From Candidatus Pantoea bathycoeliae (GTDB lineage Bacteria > Pseudomonadota > Gammaproteobacteria > Enterobacterales > Enterobacteriaceae), in NCBI GenBank assembly GCA_031332935.1, contig JAUHTP010000006.1, forward strand, positions 23,771-87,770: 64,000 bases of DNA, read 5' to 3'. This document shows positions 40,629-51,720 of the stretch, one piece after another. The position numbers and the translations under genes are program-made. The notes beneath the pieces were generated by a model that had not been told where the DNA came from, did not search any database, and saw only the letters and a program-made list of their open reading frames with translations. The stretch's first letter is position 1; every line of letters starts with the position of its first letter.

Positions 40629-41501
40629 TCAGTGAATGCTCTCGCTGCTTCCACCGTCAGTTCCACCTTTACGGATCGCCGCGATATCGACCGCGTCGTA
40701 AACGTAATGGGTGCCGCAGTAGTCGCAGTGCATATCGACCTGTCCATCTTCTTCAACGATCTCGTCGACCTCATGCTGAGGCAGCGTCTTTAGGAATTCG
40801 CTGCAGCGTTCGCGCGAGCAGGTGCATTTAAAGCTTACCGTCTGCGGATCAAACACGGTCGCCTCTTCCTGATGGTAAAGACGCCACAAAACGTCGGTCG
40901 CTGACAAATCGATCAGCTCTTCAGTCTTCACGGTTTCAGTCAGCGTCGCCAGATGGTTGAAATCTTCCGTCTCGGTATCCTGCGCAGGCAGCACCTGAAG
41001 CAAGATGCCCGCTGCGCCTTTCTCGCTGGTGCGGATAAACAGGCGGGTTGGCAGCTGTTCAGAACGCATAAAGTAATCTTCCAGGCAGGCGGCCAAGGTT
41101 TCGCCTTCCAGAGCAACAACACCCTGATAGCGTTCACCTTTCTCAGGTGAAACAGTGATCGCCAGGTAGCCCGTGCCCACCATGCTTTTCAGCGTGCTGT
41201 CTGCTAGGATATCGCCTTTCACGCGCGCTACGCCGCGCAGCTCTTGGCGGTTATTCCCGTTGATCACAGCCAGCGACAGCGGGCCGTCGCCCTGTAGCTG
41301 AACGGTGATGTCGCCGTCGAATTTCAGCGTGGCGGTCAACAGGCTGGTCGCCACCAGCAGTTCGCCCAGCAGCGTCTGCACCGGTGCCGGATAGTCATGG
41401 TTTTTGATGATTTCCTGCCAGGTGTGGCTGGCATTTACCAGCTCACCGCGCACGGCCACATTTTCAAACAGGTAACGATGCAGTTGATCTTGTACAGACA
41501 T
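40629..41501 (-). CDS. hslO: redox-regulated chaperone Hsp33
   Basis: 290 aa with the C-terminal zinc centre CTCSRERC...CDYCG, collinear with E. coli HslO. Confidence 0.95.
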   Translation of the reverse strand: MSVQDQLHRYLFENVAVRGELVNASHTWQEIIKNHDYPAPVQTLLGELLVATSLLTATLKFDGDITVQLQGDGPLSLAVINGNNRQELRGVARVKGDILADSTLKSMVGTGYLAITVSPEKGERYQGVVALEGETLAACLEDYFMRSEQLPTRLFIRTSEKGAAGILLQVLPAQDTETEDFNHLATLTETVKTEELIDLSATDVLWRLYHQEEATVFDPQTVSFKCTCSRERCSEFLKTLPQHEVDEIVEEDGQVDMHCDYCGTHYVYDAVDIAAIRKGGTDGGSSESIH

Positions 41502-41526
41502 AACGTTTCTCTCGTTGGGGCGAAGC

Positions 41527-41900
41527 TTATTCGTCGCCCGATAATTTAAATTTCAGCAGATAGCGGCGCTCTTTTTTATCGGGGTGCGGCATGGTGAGCG
41601 CGTTCATTTTGCGCGCCAGCGCCGTCTTTTCCCTTTTCTCAATACTGGCGGCGGTTTCGCTATAAAGCTGCTGGGCCACCTCCGCCGGGCCGCGCTTGTC
41701 GCTCAGCGCGGTCACAATCACGGTACGCTCGTCGTTGCCCTAGCGTAGCGTCAGTTCCGCTTCCAGCTCAACCTGCGCTGGCGGTTGTAGTGCACTTTGC
41801 CGCCTTCTATCGTGTCGCGCGCCAGCGAGCGGGTTTTGTATAAGAGCGCCGCCCAGAGCCATTTGTCGAGGCGTACGCCTTCGCTGCTTTTCTCTTTCAT
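41527..41900 (-). pseudogene. hslR: ribosome-associated heat shock protein Hsp15, with a frameshift/deletion and an amber codon
   Basis: MKEKSSEGVRLDKWLWAA..YKTR.LAR..IEGGKVHYN is followed by a frame change at about 41790. An in-frame TAG at 41740-41742 (LR*GNDERTVIV) falls where E. coli has Gln. The 3' part (41527-41721) is intact. Confidence 0.85.
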
Positions 41901-41912
41901 TGCTGCTCCCGT

Positions 41913-42575
41913 TTACGCCAGCGCGCTGCACAGGGTGCGAAAATCGCGGACCGCCGCGTGACGCTGGAAGACCTGATCGGGACGCCCTGAGTCGGGGTTG
42001 CTGACGCCTAAACACCAGCCGATGCCCCAGCTTTTCGCGGCGTCGAGAATGGTCTCTTTGTCATCAATAAACAGCGTTCGCGGACGATGAAATCCGGTGT
42101 GCTGCTCCACCGCTTGCCACAAGCGCGGGTCCTCTTTCGGATACCCAAAGGTATGGGTGGAAAGTAATAAATCAAGGTGCGGCGCAAGACCTGTCTGCGC
42201 CAGTTTGATATCCAGGTTGTAGGGATGGGCGTTGGTCAGCAGAATGGTGCGTTTACCTGCCTGACGCAGCGCCTGCAAAAACGGCACGGTATCTTCACGC
42301 ATCGCTGCCAGGCTGCGCTTCGCAAAGGTCATGGCGCGAATATCCAGCGCCAGCTCCGCTGCCCAGTAGTCCAGACAATACCAGTTTAGCGTATGCGCCA
42401 CGGCCTGGTACTTTCCGGCGATCAGCGACTCTGCTTCCGCCAGTGTAATACCGCGCGTTTCGCTCAGCGTTAGCGGCACATGCTCCAGCCAGAAATGGCG
42501 GTCGAAGGCCAGGTCCAGCAGCGTACCGTCCATATCCAGCAGTACGGTATCAATTTGCGACCAGTTCAGCGTCAT
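41913..42575 (-). CDS. yrfG: HAD-family GMP/IMP nucleotidase YrfG
   Basis: 220 aa with VLLDMDGTLLDLAFD, TLNWYCLDYW, LLTNAHP and FIDD motifs, collinear with E. coli YrfG. Confidence 0.9.
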   Translation of the reverse strand: MTLNWSQIDTVLLDMDGTLLDLAFDRHFWLEHVPLTLSETRGITLAEAESLIAGKYQAVAHTLNWYCLDYWAAELALDIRAMTFAKRSLAAMREDTVPFLQALRQAGKRTILLTNAHPYNLDIKLAQTGLAPHLDLLLSTHTFGYPKEDPRLWQAVEQHTGFHRPRTLFIDDKETILDAAKSWGIGWCLGVSNPDSGRPDQVFQRHAAVRDFRTLCSALA

Positions 42576-42683
42576 CAGGCAGGTTCCTTGGTGAAAAGAG
42601 GGCGACAGGGTAGCATAAAATGGGGTGGGAAAGAGCAGGGTGCAGCCAGCAACACTAGGTAGAAACAGTTGCGTTCAGCTGCG

Positions 42684-44822
42684 TTAAAACATTGAGCGCA
42701 CGCTCTGCATGGTGCTGAGATTATGGTTAAAGCACTTGTCGTAGTATTGCTGGATGTTGGCCATGCGCTGACGGTTGCGGTGGATGCGACGCAGCGCCAG
42801 CAGCGCGTTAACCAGCGCGCAGACCAGCAATACCGTTAGCAGCAGCGCGGTGCCAAGATAGCGCCACATCGCCATTGCATCCGGTTCGTTGTGCAGGGCG
42901 ATATGGCGCGTGCCGTTGGCATCCACCGACAGGCTGGTAATGATGCCGCTGGCGCTGAACGGCGTATGCAGCAGCATGCCAGAGAGCCTTTGCAGCTCGC
43001 GCCACTGTGAAGGCGCATCCAGATCGAACAGTGAAACGGAAGGCTGCGGCTGGTTCACCAGCTGGCGGCCTTCGTCGCTGGCAATCAGGAATCCGCCCGG
43101 CGGCGGGCTGTTAAGGTTCTCGGCGGCGCGGCGCGTCTCGCGAAAAAAGAAGCTGGAGGTCGCGGTGTTGACTAGGTTTTCCAGCGCCTCTGCGCTCACA
43201 GGACGCAGCAGCACGTTCATGCCATTTAACTGTCCGGAGTCGGCGCGGCGCACCAGCGTGTCCCAGTCTTTGGCGTTGCCGAGATTCACCAGCGCATTTT
43301 TCAGCCGCACGCAATCCTGCTGCTGGCTACAGAGATCCTGGATTTTCAGCACTAGGTCGGCGAAGTCGTCCAGCAGGATAATGCCCGATTTCTGGATTGC
43401 CGAGGCGAGCTGCGGGTTAAGTTTGGGATCGGTATTGGTTTCTGGATGCAGCTGGCGCGTGGTCGCCTCCAGCAGCGCCGAGGTTTTATCGATAATGTCC
43501 GACTGCGGTTGCGGCAGCAGTGAGGCGTTATTCCAGTAAATCGCCGAACAGTCGAACGGCATATAGGCGTAGCTGCGGTTGCTCTGATAGTTATCAGGCA
43601 CGGAACACATGCCGGTGCCGTTGACCTTCAAAATATCGCCGACGTGCAGCGACTGCGCCGCCAGCTTATCGACATTGTTCACTTCCAGACTTTTGGTGCC
43701 CTTTACCCACGCCAGGCTAAGTTTGATCGGCATGCTGAGCGGGATCCAGCTGACCAGCAGCGCCATCACCAGCAGCGAGCCGCAGGCCAGCACCATGTTT
43801 TTGCGCCAGCGCTGAATAGGGAAGTTACGCACCTCATCCTGCAGTGACAGGAAGCGGCCTTGCCGCACCACCTGCCGGTTCAGATTGATTTCGACGTCGG
43901 TGGTCTGGCCTAGGTCGTGTGCAACGTAGGGCAGCCAGTGCGGCGGATAGACGAGATCGATAATGCCCAACATGATATTGCTCTGTTCCTGGTTCGATTC
44001 GCCGAACAGGCCCCAGCGCTTAGGTGCACCGCGCAGGCAGTGAGTATCGCGCATGCGCTTCTGGCTGGGAACATGAAACAGCGACCAGATGCTGGCCCCG
44101 ATCATGGCGCAGCCCAGCAGCACCAGCCAGATCATTAAACTGGCGGGCACCAGCAGGCTGATAAAAAACAGCAAAAATCCGAACGTAATGGTAACGGCTT
44201 CGCGCGTGCCGTCTGGGCGCGTCAGCTGATACTCCTCCAGCGTCTCTTTGCGCACCTGCAGCAGCTCAACGTTTTCGCTGTCTTCTTTGCGAATAGAGGC
44301 GTTAGTCGAGCTTGGGCGCACCAGTAGTGCGGGCAACGACGCCTGGTCAGTGCCGTAGTTAACCAGCGAGTGGCCATTAAGCGAAATAACCAGCGGAATG
44401 GTCTGGGTACGGATCAGCTCAACGTAGTTCTCATCGGTGATGTACTGTTCCCAGTGCGGCGGCAGATGCACTTCCACTTCGTCGAGATAGTAGCGCCACT
44501 TGTGCGGGTCATCGGTCGACAGACCATAGCGGGTAATGGCGCGCGTAACCGGATAGACATTATTCCTCTGGGCGGTCAGCGTGAGGTTATCGTAGAGGGC
44601 ATGTTTTTCGCCGGGCGCGTCAGGGGGCGACGGTCTCGCAAGCGAGGCGACGTATTTCTCCACCGCGCGGCGTTCGTCGTCGGTGAGTTTGCGGCAGGGT
44701 GGACTGATAAATGGCAGCGGTTTCGCCAACGGCGGGCAATGCCGCATAGCGTACCAAAAGCCAATACCTGCCAAACCTGAGCAGACCAGGACTATTACCA
44801 ATACAATGAGGATTGTGCTCAT
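42684..44822 (-). CDS. igaA: intracellular growth attenuator / Rcs phosphorelay regulator IgaA
   Basis: 712 aa, collinear with E. coli YrfF/IgaA (HAITRYGISTDDP.KWRYYLD.VEVHLPP.WEQYI...). Confidence 0.93.
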   Translation of the reverse strand: MSTILIVLVIVLVCSGLAGIGFWYAMRHCPPLAKPLPFISPPCRKLTDDERRAVEKYVASLARPSPPDAPGEKHALYDNLTLTAQRNNVYPVTRAITRYGLSTDDPHKWRYYLDEVEVHLPPHWEQYITDENYVELIRTQTIPLVISLNGHSLVNYGTDQASLPALLVRPSSTNASIRKEDSENVELLQVRKETLEEYQLTRPDGTREAVTITFGFLLFFISLLVPASLMIWLVLLGCAMIGASIWSLFHVPSQKRMRDTHCLRGAPKRWGLFGESNQEQSNIMLGIIDLVYPPHWLPYVAHDLGQTTDVEINLNRQVVRQGRFLSLQDEVRNFPIQRWRKNMVLACGSLLVMALLVSWIPLSMPIKLSLAWVKGTKSLEVNNVDKLAAQSLHVGDILKVNGTGMCSVPDNYQSNRSYAYMPFDCSAIYWNNASLLPQPQSDIIDKTSALLEATTRQLHPETNTDPKLNPQLASAIQKSGIILLDDFADLVLKIQDLCSQQQDCVRLKNALVNLGNAKDWDTLVRRADSGQLNGMNVLLRPVSAEALENLVNTATSSFFFRETRRAAENLNSPPPGGFLIASDEGRQLVNQPQPSVSLFDLDAPSQWRELQRLSGMLLHTPFSASGIITSLSVDANGTRHIALHNEPDAMAMWRYLGTALLLTVLLVCALVNALLALRRIHRNRQRMANIQQYYDKCFNHNLSTMQSVRSMF

Positions 44823-45214
44823 GCTTTGCTCAATTCAGCCAAAATCCTGCCTTCACTTTAGACTTATGCTCCCAGATAGAACTGTTATTTAAGACAATTT
44901 TGGCGGGAATAAACAACTCTCACAAGTAAAATGCCGGAGTAAATAAAGCGCAAAATCATTAAATTAGAAGTTAGTGCAACATGCCTTGCGCGAATGTTAA
45001 CTGCCATAAACTGAATTAAACATCGGTCTTTTCTGAATTTTACCTGGGGACGTTGACTTATGGCAAAAACGTTAACGGCTATAACAATGCGTTGTTATCG
45101 CTCCGCAGGATGTTATGCGAGGATGGGCCGCTAAACTCGCTGTCGCACAATCGCTTTTGGTCAGGTAAGCTGATTTGTCCCGGCATCGCACGGCGTTGAA
45201 AGTCTGAGGCTGAT

Positions 45215-45781
45215 ATGAAAAACACGTTAAAAAAACCCGACATCCTCAATGTAGAAACGGTGGCGCGCTCGCGGCTGTTTACCGTCGAATCGGTCGATCT
45301 CGCCTTTAGTAACGGCGCGCGACGTATTTACGAGCGCATGAAACCGTCGGAGCGAGAGGCGGTGATGATTGTGCCGATTATTGATAATCAGGTCGTGTTG
45401 ATACAGGAGTACGCGGTTGGGCTGGAGACCTACGAGCTGGGCTTTCCAAAAGGACTCATCGATCCCGACGAAACGGTTTTCGAGGCGGCGAACCGCGAGC
45501 TGAAAGAAGAAGTCGGCTTTGGTGCCGAAAAGCTGGAGTTCCTCAGCAAGCTCACCATGGCACCTTCCTATTTTTCCAGCAAGATGAACATCGTAGTGGC
45601 CGAAGGGCTCTATCCTGAGCGGCTGGAAGGCGATGAGCCAGAACCGCTGATCGAGCACCGCTGGCCGCTCGATAATTTGCTGGCGCTGTTGCAGGAGCCC
45701 GATTTCCGCGAGGCGCGCAACGTCAGCGCTCTGTTCTTGGTGCGCGAATCGCTGGTGCAGCAGGGCAGGCTCAGCTACTAA
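45215..45781 (+). CDS. nudE: ADP-compounds Nudix hydrolase NudE
   Basis: 188 aa with the Nudix box GLIDPDETVFEAANRELKEEVGF and strong similarity to E. coli NudE. Confidence 0.94.
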   Translation: MKNTLKKPDILNVETVARSRLFTVESVDLAFSNGARRIYERMKPSEREAVMIVPIIDNQVVLIQEYAVGLETYELGFPKGLIDPDETVFEAANRELKEEVGFGAEKLEFLSKLTMAPSYFSSKMNIVVAEGLYPERLEGDEPEPLIEHRWPLDNLLALLQEPDFREARNVSALFLVRESLVQQGRLSY

Positions 45782-45801
45782 GATTATTGTAGCCACAGAA
45801 T

Positions 45802-45839
45802 AAAAAAGGCCGACATTGCTGTCGGCCTTTTGCTTTTTT
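45802..45839. terminator. bidirectional rho-independent terminator between nudE and mrcA
   Basis: AAAAAA-GGCCGACA-TTGC-TGTCGGCC-TTTTGCTTTTTT. Confidence 0.85.
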
Positions 45840-45847
45840 ATCAGGAA

Positions 45848-48400
45848 TCAGAACAGTTCGTGGCTTTCACCGTTATCCATAATGGTGGTGCCGACGTCAT
45901 GAACGGAATATTCCGTTGGCTGAGTGCCGTTGATGAAATACTCCTGACGCGTATTGCCACCGCCGTTCGCCAGCTTACCGGTGCTGCGGTCGATGGTGAC
46001 CGTAACAACACCGTCTGGTGGCGTCAGCGGTTGCTCCGGCACGCCGTCCAGCGCGCTCTTCATATAATCATCCCAGGCAGGCTGCGCACTCTTCGCGCCG
46101 CCTTCGTAGCCGGAAATCTGATTAGGGATGGCACCTGACAGCGTGCTGCGGCCAAGATCGCGGCGTGCATCGTCGAAGCCGATCCATACAGAGGTCACGA
46201 CGCCAGGACCATAGCCCGAGAACCAGGCATCTTTGGAGCTGTTGGTGGTACCGGTTTTGCCGCCAATGTCGTTGCGCTTCAGATCGCGCGAGGCACGCCA
46301 GCCAGTGCCCATCCAGCCCGGTTCGCCGAAGACGTTTGAGTTGAGGGCGCTCTTAATCAGGAACGACAGCGGCGTGTTGATGACGTGCGGCGCATACTCC
46401 TGCGCGCCGCCCAACTGCGGCTGTGCAGGAACTTGCTCCAGTGCGGGCTGCGGCGCAGGCTGGTTCTGATTTTGCTCGGAGGTGGCAACGTTCTCCACGC
46501 TCTCTTCATTAAGCGCCAGCGCTTTGCGGGTATCGCCATAAATCACCGGCAGGTTGCACTGCGGGCAGGCAATGCGCGGCTTCGCTTCGAAAACCGTGCC
46601 GCCTTGCTCGTTCTCAATCTTGCTGATGAAGTAGGGGTCAACCAGGAAGCCACCGTTCGCCATCACCGAATAGCCACGCGCAACCTGCATAGGGGTAAAG
46701 GAGGCCGCACCCAGTGCCAGCGATTCGGTATGCACGATGTTCTGCGCAGGGAAGCCGAAGCGTTGCAGATACTCAGCCGCATAATCAACGCCCATGGCGC
46801 GCATGGCGCGCACCATCACCACGTTTTTCGACTGGCCTAAGCCCAGGCGCAGACGAATCGGACCGTCATAGGTCGGCGGCCAGTTTTTGGGCCGCCAGTC
46901 GGCACCTGCGCCTGCATCCCAGCGTGAAATCGGCACGTCATTCAGGATGGAGGCCAGCGTCAGGCCGCGATCCATCGCTGCGGTATAGAGGAACGGCTTA
47001 ATATTAGAGCCCACCTGACGCAGCGCCTGGGTGGCGCGGTTGAACATGCTCTGGTTAAAGTCGAATCCGCCCACCAGCGCGCGTACCGCACCGGTTTGCG
47101 GGTTAAGCGATACCAGCGCCGAGTTAACGTCTGGCGCCTGCGCCAGCCACCAGTCGTTGTCGACTTTGCGTACCCAAATCTGCTGGCCTATCTGGACAAC
47201 CTGCGACACGCTTCTCGGCGTCGCCCCCTGCACCGTATCGGATTTAAACGGACGCGCCCAGCGCACGCCCGCAAGGCCCAGCGATACGCTGGTGCCATCC
47301 TTCAACATGGCGGTGGCTTCATTGCTGCTGGCTTGAGTGACAACGGCAGGCAGCAGTGGCCCGTAAGCCGGTAGCGGCTTCAGCGCTTTGAGGATCTGCT
47401 CTTGGCTCCACGCCGGTTCACCGACTTTCCACAGCACGCTGGTTGGGCCACGGTAGCCGTGACGCATATCGTAGGCCAGCACGTTGTTGCGTACTGCATC
47501 CTGCGCTGCCTGCTGCAAACGGCGCGTAACGGTGGTGTAGACCTTGTAGCCGTCGTTATAAGCACCGTCGCCGTAACGCTTCACCATCTCCTGGCGAGCC
47601 ATCTCACTCAGATAAGGCGAAGAGAAGGCGATTTCTAGGCCGTGATAGTTGGCGACCAGCGGCGTGTTGCGCGCTTCGTCATACTGCTGCTGGGTAATGT
47701 ATTGCTGATCCAGCATACGGGCCAGCACCACGTTACGGCGCGCCAGCGCGCGGCTGTGGGAGTAGAGCGGGTTAAAGGTCGAGGGCGCTTTTGGCAGGCC
47801 AGCAATCATAGCGATTTCGCTCAGCGAAAGATGATCGACCGGTTTACCGAAGTAAACCTGCGCGGCGGCACCCACGCCATAAGCGCGATAGCCGAGGTAA
47901 ATTTTGTTCAGGTAGAGCTCAAGGATCTCATCTTTATTCAGCAGTTGCTCAATACGGATAGCGAGAAACGCCTCCTTGATTTTACGCATCAGCGTGCGCT
48001 CAGGGCTCAGGAAGAAGTTACGCGCCAGCTGCTGAGTAATGGTACTCGCGCCTTGCGAAGCATGGCCTGACATCAGCGCAATACTGGCCGCGCGGAAAAT
48101 ACCGACCGGATCGACGCCGTGATGCTCGTAGAAACGGCTGTCTTCCGTCGCGATGAACGCCTTGATCATCTCTGGCGGCATTTGCTGGAGGGTTAGCGGG
48201 ATACGGCGTTTCTCCCCGTACTGGGCGATCAGTTCGCCATCCGCGCTGTACACCTGCATTGGCGTTTGCAGACGTACATCTTTCAGCGTGTTTACGTCCG
48301 GCAGCTGCGGCTCTATGTATTTGTACAGACCATAAATGGAGCCAGCTTCCAGCAAAATGCAACACACTGCAAGGATTAATAAATACTTTACGAACTTCAC
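45848..48400 (-). CDS. mrcA: penicillin-binding protein 1A (bifunctional glycosyltransferase/transpeptidase)
   Basis: 850 aa with the GT51 motifs EDSRFYEHHGVD and RKIKE and the transpeptidase motifs, collinear with E. coli MrcA. Confidence 0.97.
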   Translation of the reverse strand: MKFVKYLLILAVCCILLEAGSIYGLYKYIEPQLPDVNTLKDVRLQTPMQVYSADGELIAQYGEKRRIPLTLQQMPPEMIKAFIATEDSRFYEHHGVDPVGIFRAASIALMSGHASQGASTITQQLARNFFLSPERTLMRKIKEAFLAIRIEQLLNKDEILELYLNKIYLGYRAYGVGAAAQVYFGKPVDHLSLSEIAMIAGLPKAPSTFNPLYSHSRALARRNVVLARMLDQQYITQQQYDEARNTPLVANYHGLEIAFSSPYLSEMARQEMVKRYGDGAYNDGYKVYTTVTRRLQQAAQDAVRNNVLAYDMRHGYRGPTSVLWKVGEPAWSQEQILKALKPLPAYGPLLPAVVTQASSNEATAMLKDGTSVSLGLAGVRWARPFKSDTVQGATPRSVSQVVQIGQQIWVRKVDNDWWLAQAPDVNSALVSLNPQTGAVRALVGGFDFNQSMFNRATQALRQVGSNIKPFLYTAAMDRGLTLASILNDVPISRWDAGAGADWRPKNWPPTYDGPIRLRLGLGQSKNVVMVRAMRAMGVDYAAEYLQRFGFPAQNIVHTESLALGAASFTPMQVARGYSVMANGGFLVDPYFISKIENEQGGTVFEAKPRIACPQCNLPVIYGDTRKALALNEESVENVATSEQNQNQPAPQPALEQVPAQPQLGGAQEYAPHVINTPLSFLIKSALNSNVFGEPGWMGTGWRASRDLKRNDIGGKTGTTNSSKDAWFSGYGPGVVTSVWIGFDDARRDLGRSTLSGAIPNQISGYEGGAKSAQPAWDDYMKSALDGVPEQPLTPPDGVVTVTIDRSTGKLANGGGNTRQEYFINGTQPTEYSVHDVGTTIMDNGESHELF

Positions 48401-48517
48401 CTGGAATTTCCCATCTGTTGTCGTTTGGGCAGTTTATAAACACCCGCGCGGTAGTATAAAGGCAAGCCAGAAGCTTTGATACGTCCTTTTACCCCTGTAG
48501 ATAAGGAGATCGCGCGC

Positions 48518-49332
48518 ATGGCTTTTCAGACATGGCAAGTCGGACTGGATATTCAGAATACGCAGCTCTGTGCCCTCGCAATACAACGCCGACGCGACGG
48601 CTGGCAGCTGCGTCGCTGGTGGCAGCAAGGGCTGCCGAAAGATACGTTAAGAAACGGCGTGCTGCAATCTTCGCCTGAATTGCAGGCAGCGCTGCGTAAG
48701 CTTCAACAGCAGTTGCCGCAGCGCTATTCACTGCGCGTCGGGCTGCATGCCCAACTGGACTTGCAACGGCCGCTGACTTTGCCAGCGCAGCGTTTGCAGG
48801 AGCCTGCGTTGGTGCGCTACGTGACGGCCGCGGCGCAGCGGCTTTTCCTCGTCGATGCGGACGCGCTGGCACTGGATTATCGCGCCAGCGATCTGGACAG
48901 CCAGCTGTATGTGACGGCCGCCCGGCGGGAAGCGATTGCTCAGTGGCTGGCACCGCTGCAGCAAAGCGCACTGCAACCCGCCGTTTTTGAACTGGCGACG
49001 CATGCGCTGGCGCTGGCAGCACAGGCCGCAGGGCTGGCGAGGATGCAGCACTACTGCTGCACCATGACACCCAATGGCTCAGGTATTGCCGCGCCAGCGA
49101 CAGCATTGCTGGCTGCGCCGGCCCGGACACTACGCCAGAGGCGCTGGCGCAGCGCTGTTTTCCTGCGGCCAGCGCGCTATACGGTTGTGTGCCGACTCAT
49201 GTTGCCTTGCCTGACAAATTCTCGCCTTTTTCACCGTTCAGTCTGTTTGCCTACAAGCAACCGCCGCTTCCACAGCAGAAGGCACAATTTTGCATCGCCG
49301 CTGGGCTGGCGCTGCGTCCGGAGGATAACTGA
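48518..49332 (+). pseudogene. hofM: PilM-like DNA-utilisation/pilus assembly protein HofM, frameshifted
   Basis: MAFQTWQVGLDIQ... resembles E. coli HofM. The frame is lost at about 49040-49060. The native C-terminus ...QPPLPQQKAQFCIAAGLALRPEDN, with a stop at 49330-49332, is in another frame. Confidence 0.7.
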
Positions 49333-49874
49333 TGATCGCGGTGAATTTACTGCCGTGGCGTTATGCGCGTCTGCAACGCCAGCGGCGCGTCAGCACCGGG
49401 TTTGCCATCGTCATGCTACTGGCTCTGCTGCTGGCGGCGGCTTTACAGTTGTGGCGTCTCGATCGTACCGGCCAGAAGCTGCAGGCCGCGAAGCGGGATA
49501 CGCAGGACGCGCTAACGGAAGTCGGCCAGCGGCTCAGCCAGCAGTGGGCGCTACAGCAACAGCTAACAGCCCAGCAGACACAGCGGCGTCGAGCGCAGCA
49601 ATAGGCCGACGAGCTGATGCGCTGGCATCAGTTCTGGCAGGCACTTCCGTCGCTGCTGCTAGACAGCCTCTGGCTACAGCGGGTAGAAAAATTGCCAGCG
49701 CAGCTGCGGATAGAAGGGCGGGCGCTGGATATGCAGGCAATACGCGATTTCCGTCAGCATCTTAAAGAGCTGCCGCTGTTTACTGCGGTTATGCAGGGTA
49801 ATGTGCAGCGCCAGCAGGATGGTTTTTATCGTTTTGCACTGCGCGCGCAAACCGGTGAGTCCAGCGATGAATAG
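49332..49874 (+). pseudogene. hofN: PilN-like protein HofN with an in-frame amber codon
   Basis: MIAVNLLPWRYARLQRQRR... runs to a TAG at 49602-49604. The same frame continues ADELMRWHQFWQALPSLL...RIEGRALDMQAIRDF... to 49874. Confidence 0.75.
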
Positions 49875-50200
49875 CCTGGTGGAATACTGGCTGCACCTGT
49901 CGTTAAGCAGACAGATTGTTATCGCGACGGCGGCCCTAGTGGCTGTGGCGGTGGCGCTGTGGCTGCTTTTTATTCAGCCGAAGCGGCTGGCTCAGCAGAT
50001 GCTGCGTGCCGAACTGAGCGTGCTTGAACACGCTTATCAGCATCAGCTGGCGCAGCTCAACGCGCTGCCTGCCGAGACGCTGTTGCGCTCACAGCTGGCC
50101 GACCTGGTGCGCGCACCTGATGCCTCGGCGCGCAGCGCATTGCTTGATGCGGTACTGGCGGCACGCGGTAACCAGCTGGAGCCTTGCTTCTGGCGCAGAT
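49867..50200 (+). pseudogene. hofO: HofO (PilO-like) remnant fused by deletion to the 3' part of hofQ
   Basis: MNSLVEYWLHLSLSRQIVIATAALVAV... (ATG 49867 overlaps the hofN end). The sequence loses identity near about 50200, where secretin sequence begins. No hofP was found. Confidence 0.55.
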
Positions 50201-50831
50201 GCGGTCACGGATGCGCTACGCAATCCGCGACTGGCGATTCCGCTGGCTATTAGCTCGCCGGGAATAAGCGCAGGCGTCACGCTGGCACGGGTTGGCGGCC
50301 GGCTGCTTGATCTGGAGCTAAGCGCGCTGAAGCAGGAGAATCAGGTTGATATTATTGCCAGCCCACGCCTTTTCACCTCGCATCAGCAGAAGGCGATGAT
50401 AAAGCAAGGCAGCGAAATCCCTTATGAGGTCTCAGCAGGCAACAGCGGCGCGACCACCATTGAATTTAAGGAAGCGGTGCTGGGTATGGAGGTGACGCCC
50501 AACGTGCTGGGCAACGGGCGTATTCAGCTGAAAATCCGTATCAGCCAGAACGTGCCGGGCAGCGTCGTCCAGAGCGGTGACAGCAGCGTACTTTCAATAG
50601 ATTAAGCAGGAAACAGAAACGCAGGTCACATTGAAAGATGGCGAAACGCTGGGGCTGGGCGGTATTTTTCAGCAACAGCGTAGCTAGGGTGAAAATCGCG
50701 TACCTGTATTGGGCAATATTCCGCTATTGGGCACGCTGTTTCGCCACCAGACTGCGGAAAATAAAAAACGCGAGCTGGTTATCTTTATTACACCACGATT
50801 GGTCAGGGAAGCAGCGCTTACGGCCGGATAA
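50201..50831 (+). pseudogene. hofQ: secretin HofQ, C-terminal ~200 codons only, with a frameshift and an amber codon
   Basis: Secretin C-domain motifs are present (LDLELSALKQENQVDIIASPRLFT, GSEIPY, LGLGGIF, VPVLGNIPLLGTLF, ELVIFITPRLV). There is a frameshift at about 50600 and an in-frame TAG at 50685-50687. The N-terminal two-thirds are absent. Confidence 0.75.
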
Positions 50832-51160
50832 ACCGGAAAATACGCTCCCTGATGCCAACTGCGTTGACGCAGGACAGGAATTAGCTTACAAGGTTTAGCG
50901 ATTTTTAGAACGCTGTAACCGTCCCGACGGCGCGTATAAGTAAAAAGCGCAACGCTAATGCGCATCGTTTTGCATATCGCACACCGGCCCTGCAAGAGGA
51001 ATGCCGGAGGGCGATTTATTCGGTTGCCAAACGCCCTTGAGTGTTGAGATAATTTTTCGTCTGACTCTTGCTAACGCTCATGAGGTCTCAGTTCCTGTCC
51101 CGCCAGCTATTTAGCTGCACGCGGGGTATCATCAACGAATTCTTAGTAATACCGACAAAA

Positions 51161-51682
51161 ATGGCAGAGAAACGCAATATCTTTCTGGTTGGGCCGATGG
51201 GTGCCGGCAAAAGCACTATTGGTCGTCAGTTAGCTCAGCAACTCAATATGGAATTTTTCGATTCCGATCAGGAAATTGAGCGACGTACCGGAGCGGATGT
51301 GGGCTGGGTATTTGACGTCGAGGGCGAAGCTGGATTTCGTGACCGCGAAGAAAAAATCATCAACGAGCTGACCGAAAAACAGGGCATTGTCCTGGCAACT
51401 GGCGGCGGTTCCGTTAAATCCCGAGAAACACGCAATCGTCTCTCCGCCCGCGGCGTGGTAGTATATCTTGAAACCACTATTGAGAAACAGCTGGCACGCA
51501 CGCAGCGCGATAAAAAGCGCCCGCTGCTGCAGGTCGATTCACCGCCGCGTGAAGTGCTTGAAGCGCTGGCTGGCGAGCGTAATCCGCTCTATGAAGAGAT
51601 CGCGGATGTTACCATTCGCACTGACGATCAAAGTGCTAAAGTGGTGGCTAACCAGATTATCCACATGTTGGAAAAAAACTGA
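51161..51682 (+). CDS. aroK: shikimate kinase I
   Basis: 173 aa from [36 protein letters not shown]..., near identical to E. coli AroK. Confidence 0.97.
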   Translation: MAEKRNIFLVGPMGAGKSTIGRQLAQQLNMEFFDSDQEIERRTGADVGWVFDVEGEAGFRDREEKIINELTEKQGIVLATGGGSVKSRETRNRLSARGVVVYLETTIEKQLARTQRDKKRPLLQVDSPPREVLEALAGERNPLYEEIADVTIRTDDQSAKVVANQIIHMLEKN

Positions 51683-51720
51683 TCCCACGCCGAAAGGCTC
51701 AGTAACAGGTATCGAGCATC

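Noticed and set aside
48476-49765. A 429-aa ORF that looks like a large novel Ala/Arg-rich protein.
   Set aside because: Only the first about 190 residues resemble HofM. The rest is out-of-frame read-through of hofM and hofN in GC-rich DNA. The authentic HofM C-terminus and HofN are found in other frames.
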